From Eledone cirrhosa (lineage: Eukaryota), in contig OZ024758.1 in NCBI GenBank assembly GCA_964016885.1, forward strand, positions 38,750,001 through 38,814,000: a stretch of 64,000 bases of DNA, read 5' to 3'. Each line of letters begins with the position of its first letter. Within the stretch, counting starts at the first letter, position 1. The notes below the pieces were generated by a model. It ran no database searches. It was not told where the DNA came from and was given only the letters and a program-made list of their open reading frames with translations. Below, one piece after another: positions 12,791 to 26,784 of the stretch. The position numbers and the translations under genes were made by a program.

Positions 12791-13270
12791 AAGTTCATGG
12801 TATTAGCTGTCAGAAGGAACTCCAATGTTGGTGAGAATTCATTTAAGTCATGGTACTAGCTGTCAGAAGTAACTCCACTGTTGGTGAGAATTCATTTAAG
12901 TTCATGGTATTAGCTGTCAGAAGTAACTCCACTGTTGGTGAGAATTCATTTAAGTTCATGGTACTAGCTGTCAGAAGTAACTCCAATGTTGGTGAGAATT
13001 CATTTAATTTCATGGTATTAGCTGTCAGAAGGAACTCCACTGTTGGTGAGAATTCATTTAAGTTCATGGTATTAGCTGTCAGAAGTAACTCCACTGTTGG
13101 TGAGAATTCATTTATGTTCATGGTACTAGTTGTCAGAAGTAACTCCACTGTTGGTGAGAATTCATTTAAGTTCATGGTATTAGTTGTCAGAAGTAACTCC
13201 ACTGTTGGTGAGAATTCATTTAAGTCATGGTATTAGTTGTCAGAAGTAACTCCAATGTTGGTGAGAATTC
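11430..13270. repeat. Block of about 1.8 kb repeated at about 16070-17910 (offset 4639)
   Basis: ORF pairs 11737/16376, 12257/16896 and 12850/17489 have identical translations and a constant offset of 4639. Confidence 0.85.
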
Positions 13271-16030
13271 ATTTAAGTTCATGGTACTAGCTGTCAGAAG
13301 TAACTCCACTGTTGGTGAGAATTCATTTAAGTTCATGGTATTAGCTGTCAGAAGTCACTCCAATGTTGGTGAGAATTCATTTAAGTTCATGGTATTAGCT
13401 GTCAGAAGTAACTCCACTGTTGGTGAGAATTCATTTAAGTTCATGGTATTAGCTGTCAGAAGTAACTCCACTGTTGGTGAGAATTCATTTAAGTTCATGG
13501 TATTAGCTGTCAGAAGTAACTCCACTGTTGGTGAGAATTCATTTAAGTTCATGGTATTAGCTGTCAGAAGGAACTCCAATGTTGGTGAGAATTCATTTAA
13601 GTCATGGTACTAGCTGTCAGAAGTAACTCCACTGTTGGTGAGAATTCATTTAAGTTCATGGTATTAGCTGTCAGAAGGAACGCCACTGTTGGTGAGAATT
13701 CATTTAAGTTCATGGTATTAGCTGTCAGAAGTAACTCCACTGTTGGTGAGAATTCATTTAAGTTCATGGTACTAGCTGTCAGAAGTAACCCCAATGTTGG
13801 TGAGAATTCATTTAAGTTTATGGTATTAGCTGTCAGAAGTCACTCCAATGTTGGTGAGAATTCATTTAAGTTCACGGTATTAGCTGTCAGAAGTAACTCC
13901 ACTGTTGGTGAGAATTCATTTAAGTTCATGGTATTAGTTTGTCAGAAGTAACTCCACTGTTGGTGAGAATTCATTTAAGTTCATGGTACTAGCTGTCAGA
14001 AGTAACTCCACTGTTGGTGAGAATTCATTTAAGTTCATGGTATTAGCTGTCAGAAGTCACTCCAATGTTGGTGAGAATTCATTTAAGTTCATGGTATTAG
14101 CTGTCAGAAGTCACTCCACTGTTGGTGAGAATTCATTTAAGTTCATGGTACTAGCTGTCAGAAGTAACCCCAATGTTGGTGAGAATTCATTTAAGTTCAT
14201 GGTATTAGTTGTCAGAAGTAACTCCACTGTTGGTGAGAATTCATTTAAGTCATGGTATTAGTTGTCAGAAGTAACTCCAATGTTGGTGAGAATTCATTTA
14301 AGTTCATGGTACTAGCTGTCAGAAGTAACTCCACTGTTGGTGAGAATTCATTTAAGTTCATGGTATTAGCTGTCAGAAGTCACTCCAATGTTGGTGAGAA
14401 TTCATTTAAGTTCATGGTACTAGCTGTCAGAAGTAACTCCACTGTTGGTGAGAATTCATTTAAGTTCATGGTATTAGCTGTCAGAAGTCACTCCAATGTT
14501 GGTGAGAATTCATTTAAGTTCATGGTATTAGCTGTCAGAAGTAACTCCACTGTTGGTGAGAATTCATTTAAGTTCATGGTATTAGCTGTCAGAAGTAACT
14601 CCACTGTTGGTGAGAATTCATTTAAGTTCATGGTATTAGCTGTCAGAAGTAACTCCACTGTTGGTGAGAATTCATTTAAGTTCATGGTATTAGCTGTCAG
14701 AAGGAACTCCAATGTTGGTGAGAATTCATTTAAGTCATGGTACTAGCTGTCAGAAGTAACTCCACTGTTGGTGAGAATTCATTTAAGTTCATGGTATTAG
14801 CTGTCAGAAGGAACGCCACTGTTGGTGAGAATTCATTTAAGTTCATGGTATTAGCTGTCAGAAGTAACTCCACTGTTGGTGAGAATTCATTTAAGTTCAT
14901 GGTACTAGCTGTCAGAAGTAACCCCAATGTTGGTGAGAATTCATTTAAGTTTATGGTATTAGCTGTCAGAAGTCACTCCAATGTTGGTGAGAATTCATTT
15001 AAGTTCACGGTATTAGCTGTCAGAAGTAACTCCACTGTTGGTGAGAATTCATTTAAGTTCATGGTATTAGTTTGTCAGAAGTAACTCCACTGTTGGTGAG
15101 AATTCATTTAAGTTCATGGTACTAGCTGTCAGAAGTAACTCCACTGTTGGTGAGAATTCATTTAAGTTCATGGTATTAGCTGTCAGAAGTCACTCCAATG
15201 TTGGTGAGAATTCATTTAAGTTCATGGTATTAGCTGTCAGAAGTCACTCCACTGTTGGTGAGAATTCATTTAAGTTCATGGTACTAGCTGTCAGAAGTAA
15301 CCCCAATGTTGGTGAGAATTCATTTAAGTTCATGGTATTAGTTGTCAGAAGTAACTCCACTGTTGGTGAGAATTCATTTAAGTCATGGTATTAGTTGTCA
15401 GAAGTAACTCCAATGTTGGTGAGAATTCATTTAAGTTCATGGTACTAGCTGTCAGAAGTAACTCCACTGTTGGTGAGAATTCATTTAAGTTCATGGTATT
15501 AGCTGTCAGAAGTCACTCCAATGTTGGTGAGAATTCATTTAAGTTCATGGTATTAGCTGTCAGAAGTAACTCCACTGTTGGTGAGAATTCATTTAAGTTC
15601 ATGGTATTAGCTGTCAGAAGTAACTCCACTGTTGGTGAGAATTCATTTAAGTTCATGGTATTAGCTGTCAGAAGTAACTCCACTGTTGGTGAGAATTCAT
15701 TTAAGTTCATGGTATTAGCTGTCAGAAGGAACTCCAATGTTGGTGAGAATTCATTTAAGTCATGGTACTAGCTGTCAGAAGTAACTCCACTGTTGGTGAG
15801 AATTCATTTAAGTTCATGGTATTAGCTGTCAGAAGGAACGCCACTGTTGGTGAGAATTCATTTAAGTTCATGGTATTAGCTGTCAGAAGTAACTCCACTG
15901 TTGGTGAGAATTCATTTAAGTTCATGGTACTAGCTGTCAGAAGTAACCCCAATGTTGGTGAGAATTCATTTAAGTTTATGGTATTAGCTGTCAGAAGTCA
16001 CTCCAATGTTGGTGAGAATTCATTTAAGTT
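13227..16030. repeat. Local higher-order repeat, about 2.6 copies of a 19/21-monomer unit (1025 and 1133 bp)
   Basis: Unit starts at 13227, 14252 and 15385, with internal landmarks at 13604, 14737 and 15762. The middle copy has two extra monomers (108 bp). Confidence 0.85.
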
Positions 16031-19000
16031 CACGGTATTAGCTGTCAGAAGTAACTCCAATGTTGGTGAGAATTCATTTAAGTTCATGATATTAGCTGTC
16101 AGAAGTAACTCCACTGTTGGTGAGAATTCATTTAAGTTCATGGTACTAGCTGTCAGAAGTAACTCCACTGTTGGTGAGAATTCATTTAAGTTCATGGTAT
16201 TAGCTGTCAGAAGTCACTCCAATGTTGGTGAGAATTCATTTAAGTTCATGGTATTAGCTGTCAGAAGTCACTCCACTGTTGGTGAGAATTCATTTAAGTT
16301 CATGGTACTAGCTGTCAGAAGTAACCCCAATGTTGGTGAGAATTCATTTAAGTTCATGGTATTAGCTGTCAGAAGTCACTCCAATGTTGGTGAGAATTCA
16401 TTTAAGTTCATGGTATTAGCTGTCAGAAGTAACTCCACTGTTGGTGAGAATTCATTTAAGTTCATGGTATTAGCTGTCAGAAGTAACTCCACTGTTGGTG
16501 AGAATCCATTTAAGTTCATGTTATTAGCTGTCAGAAGTAACCCCACTGTTGGTGAGAATTCATTTAAGTTCATGGTATTAGCTGTCAGAAGTAACTCCAC
16601 TGTTGGTGAGAATTCATTTAAGTTCATGGTACTAGCTGTCAGAAGTAACCCCAATGTTGGTGAGAATTCATTTAAGTTTATGGTATTAGCTGTCAGAAGT
16701 CACTCCAATGTTGGTGAGAATTCATTTAAGTTCACGGTATTAGCTGTCAGAAGTAACTCCACTGTTGGTGAGAATTCATTTAAGTTCATGGTATTAGCTG
16801 TCAGAAGTAACTCCACTGTTGGTGAGAATTCATTTAAGTTCATGGTATTAGTTTGTCAGAAGTAACTCCACTGTTGGTGAGAATTCATTTAAGTCATGGT
16901 ATTAGTTGTCAGAAGTAACTCCAATGTTGGTGAGAATTCATTTAAGTTCATGGTATTAGCTGTCAGAAGTAACTCCACTGTTGGTGAGAATTCATTTAAG
17001 TTCATGGTACTAGCTGTCAGAAGTAACTCCACTGTTGGTGAGAATTCATTTAAGTTCATGGTATTAGCTGTCAGAAGTCACTCCAATGTTGGTGAGAATT
17101 CATTTAAGTTCATGGTATTAGCTGTCAGAAGTCACTCCACTGTTGGTGAGAATTCATTTAAGTTCATGGTACTAGCTGTCAGAAGTAACCCCAATGTTGG
17201 TGAGAATTCATTTAAGTTCATGGTATTAGCTGTCAGAAGTCACTCCAATGTTGGTGAGAATTCATTTAAGTTCATGGTATTAGCTGTCAGAAGTAACTCC
17301 ACTGTTGGTGAGAATTCATTTAAGTTCATGGTATTAGCTGTCAGAAGTAACTCCACTGTTGGTGAGAATCCATTTAAGTTCATGTTATTAGCTGTCAGAA
17401 GTAACCCCACTGTTGGTGAGAATTCATTTAAGTTCATGGTATTAGCTGTCAGAAGGAACTCCAATGTTGGTGAGAATTCATTTAAGTCATGGTACTAGCT
17501 GTCAGAAGTAACTCCACTGTTGGTGAGAATTCATTTAAGTTCATGGTATTAGCTGTCAGAAGTAACTCCACTGTTGGTGAGAATTCATTTAAGTTCATGG
17601 TACTAGCTGTCAGAAGTAACTCCAATGTTGGTGAGAATTCATTTAATTTCATGGTATTAGCTGTCAGAAGGAACTCCACTGTTGGTGAGAATTCATTTAA
17701 GTTCATGGTATTAGCTGTCAGAAGTAACTCCACTGTTGGTGAGAATTCATTTATGTTCATGGTACTAGTTGTCAGAAGTAACTCCACTGTTGGTGAGAAT
17801 TCATTTAAGTTCATGGTATTAGTTGTCAGAAGTAACTCCACTGTTGGTGAGAATTCATTTAAGTCATGGTATTAGTTGTCAGAAGTAACTCCAATGTTGG
17901 TGAGAATTCATTTAAGTTCATGGTATTAGCTGTCAGAAGTAACTCCACTGTTGGTGAGAATTCATTTAAGTTCATGGTATTAGCTGTCAGAAGTAACTCC
18001 ACTGTTGGTGAGAATTCATTTAAGTCATGGTACTAGCTGTCAGAAGTAACTCCACTGTTGGTGAGAATTCATTTAAGTTCATGGTATTAGCTGTCAGAAG
18101 GAACGCCACTGTTGGTGAGAATTCATTTAAGTTCATGGTATTAGCTGTCAGAAGTAACTCCACTGTTGGTGAGAATTCATTTAAGTTCATGGTACTAGCT
18201 GTCAGAAGTAACCCCAATGTTGGTGAGAATTCATTTAAGTTTATGGTATTAGCTGTCAGAAGTCACTCCAATGTTGGTGAGAATTCATTTAAGTTCATGG
18301 TATTAGCTGTCAGAAGTAACTCCACTGTTGGTGAGAATTCATTTAAGTTCATGGTATTAGCTGTCAGAAGTAACTCCACTGTTGGTGAGAATTCATTTAA
18401 GTTCATGGTATTAGTTTGTCAGAAGTAACTCCACTGTTGGTGAGAATTCATTTAAGTCATGGTATTAGTTGTCAGAAGTAACTCCAATGTTGGTGAGAAT
18501 TCATTTAAGTTCATGGTATTAGCTGTCAGAAGTAACTCCACTGTTGGTGAGAATTCATTTAAGTTCATGGTACTAGCTGTCAGAAGTAACTCCACTGTTG
18601 GTGAGAATTCATTTAAGTTCATGGTACTAGCTGTCAGAATTAACTCCACTGTTGGTGAGAATTCATTTAAGTTCATGGTATTAGCTGTCAGAAGGAACTC
18701 CACTGTTGGTGAGAATTCATTTAAGTTCATGGTACTAGCTGTCAGAAGTAACTCCACTGTTGGTGAGAATTCATTTAAGTTCATGGTATTAGTTTGTCAG
18801 AAGTAACTCCACTGTTGGTGAGAATTCATTTAAGTCATGGTATTAGTTGTCAGAAGTAACTCCAATGTTGGTGAGAATTCATTTAAGTCATGGTACTAGC
18901 TGTCAGAAGTAACTCCAATGTTGGTGAGAATTCATTTAAGTTCATGGTATTAGCTGTCAGAAGGAACTCCACTGTTGGTGAGAATTCATTTAAGTTCATG

Positions 19001-22000
19001 GTATTAGCTGTCAGAAGTAACTCCACTGTTGGTGAGAATTTATTTAAGTTCATGGTACTAGCTGTCAGAAGTAACTCCAATGTTGGTGAGAATTCATTTA
19101 AGTTCATGGTATTAGCTGTCAGAAGTAACTCCACTGTTGGTGAGAATTCATTTAAGTCATGGTATTAGCTGTCAGAAGTAACTCCAATGTTGGTGAGAAT
19201 TCATTTAAGTTCATGGTATTAGCTGTCAGAAGTAACTCCACTGTTGGTGAGAATTCATTTAAGTTCATGGTATTAGCTGTCAGAAGTAACTCCACAGTTG
19301 GTGAGAATTCATTTAAGTTCATGGTATTAGTTTGTCAGAAGTAACTCCACTGTTGGTGAGAATTCATTTAAGTCATGGTATTAGTTGTCAGAAGTAACTC
19401 CAATGTTGGTGAGAATTCATTTAAGTTCATGGTATTAGCTGTCAGAAGTAACTCCACTGTTGGTGAGAATTCATTTAAGTTCATGGTATTAGCTGTCAGA
19501 AGGAACTTCACTGTTGGTGAGAATTCATTTAAGTTCATGGTACTAGCTGTCAGAAGTAACTCCACTGTTGGTGAGAATTCATTTAAGTTCATGGTATTAG
19601 CTGTCAGAAGTCACTCCAATGTTGGTGAGAATTCATTTAAGTTCATGGTATTAGCTGTCAGAAGTAACTCCACTGTTGGTGAGAATTCATTTAAGTTCAT
19701 GGTATTAGCTGTCAGAAGTAACTCCACTGTTGGTGAGAATTCATTTAAGTTCATGGTATTAGCTGTCAGAAGTAACTCCACTGTTGGTGAGAATTCATTT
19801 AAGTTCATGGTATTAGCTGTCAGAAGGAACTCCAATGTTGGTGAGAATTCATTTAAGTCATGGTACTAGCTGTCAGAAGTAACTCCACTGTTGGTGAGAA
19901 TTCATTTAAGTTCATGGTATTAGCTGTCAGAAGGAACGCCACTGTTGGTGAGAATTCATTTAAGTTCATGGTATTAGCTGTCAGAAGTAACTCCACTGTT
20001 GGTGAGAATTCATTTAAGTTCATGGTACTAGCTGTCAGAAGTAACCCCAATGTTGGTGAGAATTCATTTAAGTTTATGGTATTAGCTGTCAGAAGTCACT
20101 CCAATGTTGGTGAGAATTCATTTAAGTTAACGGTATTAGCTGTCAGAAGTAACTCCACTGTTGGTGAGAATTCATTTAAGTTCATGGTATTAGCTGTCAG
20201 AAGTAACTCCACTGTTGGTGAGAATTCATTTAAGTTCATGGTATTAGTTTGTCAGAAGTAACTCCACTGTTGGTGAGAATTCATTTAAGTCATGGTATTA
20301 GTTGTCAGAAGTAACTCCAATGTTGGTGAGAATTCATTTAAGTTCATGGTATTAGCTGTCAGAAGTAACTCCACTGTTGGTGAGAATTCATTTAAGTTCA
20401 TGGTACTAGCTGTCAGAAGTAACTCCACTGTTGGTGAGAATTCATTTAAGTTCATGGTATTAGCTGTCAGAAGTCACTCCAATGTTGGTGAGAATTCATT
20501 TAAGTTCATGGTATTAGCTGTCAGAAGTCACTCCACTGTTGGTGAGAATTCATTTAAGTTCATGGTACTAGCTGTCAGAAGTAACCCCAATGTTGGTGAG
20601 AATTCATTTAAGTTCATGGTATTAGCTGTCAGAAGTCACTCCAATGTTGGTGAGAATTCATTTAAGTTCATGGTATTAGCTGTCAGAAGTAACTCCACTG
20701 TTGGTGAGAATTCATTTAAGTTCATGGTATTAGCTGTCAGAAGTAACTCCACTGTTGGTGAGAATCCATTTAAGTTCATGTTATTAGCTGTCAGAAGTAA
20801 CCCCACTGTTGGTGAGAATTCATTTAAGTTCATGGTATTAGCTGTCAGAAGGAACTCCAATGTTGGTGAGAATTCATTTAAGTCATGGTACTAGCTGTCA
20901 GAAGTAACTCCACTGTTGGTGAGAATTCATTTAAGTTCATGGTATTAGCTGTCAGAAGTAACTCCACTGTTGGTGAGAATTCATTTAAGTTCATGGTACT
21001 AGCTGTCAGAAGTAACTCCAATGTTGGTGAGAATTCATTTAATTTCATGGTATTAGCTGTCAGAAGGAACTCCACTGTTGGTGAGAATTCATTTAAGTTC
21101 ATGGTATTAGCTGTCAGAAGTAACTCCACTGTTGGTGAGAATTCATTTATGTTCATGGTACTAGTTGTCAGAAGTAACTCCACTGTTGGTGAGAATTCAT
21201 TTAAGTTCATGGTATTAGTTGTCAGAAGTAACTCCACTGTTGGTGAGAATTCATTTAAGTCATGGTATTAGTTGTCAGAAGTAACTCCAATGTTGGTGAG
21301 AATTCATTTAAGTTCATGGTACTAGCTGTCAGAAGTAACTCCACTGTTGGTGAGAATTCATTTAAGTTCATGGTATTAGCTGTCAGAAGTAACTCCACTG
21401 TTGGTGAGAATTCATTTAAGTCATGGTATTAGCTGTCAGAAGTAACTCCATTGTTGGTGAGAATTCATTTAAGTCATGGTACTAGCTGTCAGAAGTAACT
21501 CCACTGTTGGTGAGAATTCATGTAAGTTCATGGTATTAGCTGTCAGAAGGAACTCCACTGTTGGTGAGAATTCATTTAAGTTCATGGTACTAGCTGTCAG
21601 AAGTAACTCCACTGTTGGTGAGAATTCATTTAAGTTCATGGTATTAGCTGTCAGAAGTAACTCCACTGTTGGTGAGAATTCATTTAAGTTCATGGTATTA
21701 GCTGTCAGAAGTAACTCCACTGTTGGTGAGAATTCATTTAAGTTCATGGTATTAGCTGTCAGAAGTAACTCCACTGTTGGTGAGAATTCATTTAAGTCAT
21801 GGTACTAGCTGTCAGAAGTAACTCCACTGTTGGTGAGAATTCATTTAAGTTCATGGTATTAGCTGTCAGAAGGAACGCCACTGTTGGTGAGAATTCATTT
21901 AAGTTCATGGTATTAGCTGTCAGAAGTAACTCCACTGTTGGTGAGAATTCATTTAAGTTCATGGTACTAGCTGTCAGAAGTAACCCCAATGTTGGTGAGA

Positions 22001-22179
22001 ATTCATTTAAGTTTATGGTATTAGCTGTCAGAAGTCACTCCAATGTTGGTGAGAATTCATTTAAGTTCACGGTATTAGCTGTCAGAAGTAACTCCACTGT
22101 TGGTGAGAATTCATTTAAGTTCATGGTATTAGCTGTCAGAAGTAACTCCACTGTTGGTGAGAATTCATTTAAGTTCATG

Positions 22180-25100
22180 GTATTAGTTTGTCAGAAGTAA
22201 CTCCACTGTTGGTGAGAATTCATTTAAGTCATGGTATTAGTTGTCAGAAGTAACTCCAATGTTGGTGAGAATTCATTTAAGTTCATGGTATTAGCTGTCA
22301 GAAGTAACTCCACTGTTGGTGAGAATTCATTTAAGTTCATGGTACTAGCTGTCAGAAGTAACTCCACTGTTGGTGAGAATTCATTTAAGTTCATGGTATT
22401 AGCTGTCAGAAGTCACTCCAATGTTGGTGAGAATTCATTTAAGTTCATGGTATTAGCTGTCAGAAGTCACTCCACTGTTGGTGAGAATTCATTTAAGTTC
22501 ATGGTACTAGCTGTCAGAAGTAACTCCAATGTTGGTGAGAATTCATTTAAGTTCATGGTATTAGCTGTCAGAAGTCACTCCAATGTTGGTGAGAATTCAT
22601 TTAAGTTCATGGTATTAGCTGTCAGAAGTAACTCCACTGTTGGTGAGAATTCATTTAAGTTCATGGTATTAGCTGTCAGAAGTAACTCCACTGTTGGTGA
22701 GAATCCATTTAAGTTCATGTTATTAGCTGTCAGAAGTAACCCCACTGTTGGTGAGAATTCATTTAAGTTCATGGTATTAGCTGTCAGAAGGAACTCCAAT
22801 GTTGGTGAGAATTCATTTAAGTCATGGTACTAGCTGTCAGAAGTAACTCCACTGTTGGTGAGAATTCATTTAAGTTCATGGTATTAGCTGTCAGAAGTAA
22901 CTCCACTGTTGGTGAGAATTCATTTAAGTTCATGGTACTAGCTGTCAGAAGTAACTCCAATGTTGGTGAGAATTCATTTAATTTCATGGTATTAGCTGTC
23001 AGAAGGAACTCCACTGTTGGTGAGAATTCATTTAAGTTCATGGTATTAGTTGTCAGAAGTAACTTCAATGTTGGTGAGAATTCATTTAAGTTCATGGTGC
23101 TAGCTGTCAGAAGTAACTCCACTGTTGGTGAGAATTCATTTAAGTTCATGGTATTAGCTGTCAGAAGTAACTCCACTGTTGGTGAGAATTCATTTAAGAC
23201 ATGGTATTAGCTGTCAGAAGTAACTCCATTGTTGGTGAGAATTCATTTAAGTCATGGTACTAGCTGTCAGAAGTAACTCCACTGTTGGTGAGAATTCATG
23301 TAAGTTCATGGTATTAGCTGTCAGAAGGAACTCCACTGTTGGTGAGAATTCATTTAAGTTCATGGTACTAGCTGTCAGAAGTAACTCCACTGTTGGTGAG
23401 AATTCATTTAAGTTCATGGTATTAGCTGTCAGAAGTAACTCCACTGTTGGTGAGAATTCATTTAAGTTCATGGTATTAGCTGTCAGAAGTAACTCCACTG
23501 TTGGTGAGAATTCATTTAAGTTCATGGTATTAGCTGTCAGAAGTAACTCCACTGTTGGTGAGAATTCATTTAAGTCATGGTATTAGCTGTCAGAAGTAAC
23601 TCCAATGTTGGTGAGAATTTATTTAAGTTCATGGTATTAGCTGTCAGAAGTCACTCCACTGTTGGTGAGAATTCATTTAAGTTCATGGTACTAGTTGTCA
23701 GAAGTAACTCCACTGTTGGTGAGAATTCATTTAAGTTCATGGTATTAGTTGTCAGAAGTAACTCCACTGTTGGTGAGAATTCATTTAAGTTCATGGTATT
23801 AGCTGTCAGAAGTAACTCCACTGTTGGTGAGAATTCATTTAAGTCATGGTATTAGCTGTCAGAAGTAACTCCATTGTTGGTGAGAATTCATTTAAGTTCA
23901 TGGTATTAGCTGTCAGAAGGAACGCCACTGTTGGTGAGAATTCATTTAAGTTCATGGTATTAGCTGTCAGAAGTAACTCCACTGTTGGTGAGAATTCATT
24001 TAAGTTCATGGTACTAGCTGTCAGAAGTAACTCCAATGTTGGTGAGAATTCATTTAAGTTCATGGTATTAGCTGTCAGAAGGAACTCCACTGTTGGTGAG
24101 AATTCATTTAAGTTCATGGTATTAGCTGTCAGAAGTAACTCCACTGTTGGTGAGAATTCATTTAAGTCATGGTATTACCTGTCAGAAGTAACTCCATTGT
24201 TGGTGAGAATTCATTTAAGTCATGGTACTAGCTGTCAGAAGTAACTCCACTGTTGGTGAGAATTCATTTCAGTTCATGGTATTAGCTGTCAGAAGGAACT
24301 CCACTGTTGGTGAGAATTCATTTAAGTTCATGGTACTAGCTGTCAGAAGTAACTCCACTGTTGGTGAGAATTCATTTAAGTTCATGGTATTAGTTTGTCA
24401 GAAGTAACTCCACTGTTGGTGAGAATTCATTTAAGTCATGGTATTAGTTGTCAGAAGTAACTCCAATGTTGGTGAGAATTCATTTAAGTTCATGGTATTA
24501 GCTGTCAGAAGTAACTCCACTGTTGGTGAGAATTCATTTAAGTTCATGGTACTAGCTGTCAGAAGTAACTCCACTGTTGGTGAGAATTCATTTAAGTTCA
24601 TGGTATTAGCTGTCAGAAGTCACTCCAATGTTGGTGAGAATTCATTTAAGTTCATGGTATTAACTGTCAGAAGTCACTCCACTGTTGGTGAGAATTCATT
24701 TAAGTTCATGGTACTAGCTGTCAGAAGTAACCCCAATGTTGGTGAGAATTCATTTAAGTTCATGGTATTAGCTGTCAGAAGTCACTCCAATGTTGGTGAG
24801 AATTCATTTAAGTTCATGGTATTAGCTGTCAGAAGTAACTCCACTGTTGGTGAGAATTCATTTAAGTTCATGGTATTAGCTGTCAGAAGTAACTCCACTG
24901 TTGGTGAGAATCCATTTAAGTTCATGTTATTAGCTGTCAGAAGTAACCCCACTGTTGGTGAGAATTCATTTAAGTTCATGGTATTAGCTGTCAGAAGGAA
25001 CTCCAATGTTGGTGAGAATTCATTTAAGTCATGGTACTAGCTGTCAGAAGTAACTCCACTGTTGGTGAGAATTCATTTAAGTTCATGGTATTAGCTGTCA

Positions 25101-26360
25101 GAAGTAACTCCACTGTTGGTGAGAATTCATTTAAGTTCATGGTACTAGCTGTCAGAAGTAACTCCAATGTTGGTGAGAATTCATTTAATTTCATGGTATT
25201 AGCTGTCAGAAGGAACTCCACTGTTGGTGAGAATTCATTTAAGTTCATGGTATTAGCTGTCAGAAGTAACTCCACTGTTGGTGAGAATTCATTTATGTTC
25301 ATGGTACTAGTTGTCAGAAGTAACTCCACTGTTGGTGAGAATTCATTTAAGTTCATGGTATTAGCTGTCAGAAGTAACTCCACTGTTGGTGAGAATTCAT
25401 TTAAGTCATGGTATTAGCTGTCAGAAGTAACTCCATTGTTGGTGAGAATTCATTTAAGTCATGGTACTAGCTGTCAGAAGTAACTCCACTGTTGGTGAGA
25501 ATTCATGTAAGTTCATGGTATTAGCTGTCAGAAGGAACTCCACTGTTGGTGAGAATTCATTTAAGTTCACGGTACTAGCTGTCAGAAGTAACTCCACTGT
25601 TGGTGAGAATTCATTTAAGTTCATGGTATTAGCTGTCAGAAGTAACTCCACTGTTGGTGAGAATTCATTTAAGTTCATGGTATTAGCTGTCAGAAGTAAC
25701 TCCACTGTTGGTGAGAATTCATTTAAGTTCATGGTATTAGCTGTCAGAAGTAACTCCACTGTTGGTGAGAATTCATTTAAGTCATGGTATTAGCTGTCAG
25801 AAGTAACTCCAATGTTGGTGAGAATTTATTTAAGTTCATGGTATTAGCTGTCAGAAGTCACTCCACTGTTGGTGAGAATTCATTTAAGTTCATGGTACTA
25901 GTTGTCAGAAGTAACTCCACTGTTGGTGAGAATTCATTTAAGTTCATGGTATTAGTTGTCAGAAGTAACTCCACTGTTGGTGAGAATTCATTTAAGTTCA
26001 TGGTATTAGCTGTCAGAAGTAACTCCACTGTTGGTGAGAATTCATTTAAGTCATGGTATTAGCTGTCAGAAGTAACTCCATTGTTGGTGAGAATTCATTT
26101 AAGTTCATGGTATTAGCTGTCAGAAGGAACGCCACTGTTGGTGAGAATTCATTTAAGTTCATGGTATTAGCTGTCAGAAGTAACTCCACTGTTGGTGAGA
26201 ATTCATTTAAGTTCATGGTACTAGCTGTCAGAAGTAACTCCAATGTTGGTGAGAATTCATTTAAGTTCATGGTATTAGCTGTCAGAAGGAACTCCACTGT
26301 TGGTGAGAATTCATTTAAGTTCATGGTATTAGCTGTCAGAAGTAACTCCACTGTTGGTGA
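22180..26360. repeat. Tandem duplication of 2207 bp (41 monomers)
   Basis: ORF starts 22231/24438, 22824/25031, 23254/25461, 23577/25784 and 23846/26053 all differ by 2207. Confidence 0.9.
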
Positions 26361-26784
26361 GAATTCATTTAAGTTCATGGTATTAGTTGTCAGAAGTAAC
26401 TCCACTGTTGGTGAGAATTCATTTAAGTTATGGTATTAGTTGTCAGAAGTAACTCCAATGTTGGTGAGAATTCATTTAAGTTCATGGTACTAGCTGTCAG
26501 AAGTAACTCCACTGTTGGTGAGAATTCATTTAAGTTCATGGTATTAGCTGTCAGACGTAACTCCACTGTTGGTGAGAATTCATTTAAGTCATGGTATTAC
26601 CTGTCAGAAGTAACTCCATTGTTGGTGAGAATTCATTTAAGTCATGGTACTAGCTGTCAGAAGTAACTCCACTGTTGGTGAGAATTCATTTAAGTTCATG
26701 GTATTAGCTGTCAGAAGGAACTCCACTGTTGGTGAGAATTCATTTAAGTTCATGGTACTAGCTGTCAGAAGTAACTCCACTGTT

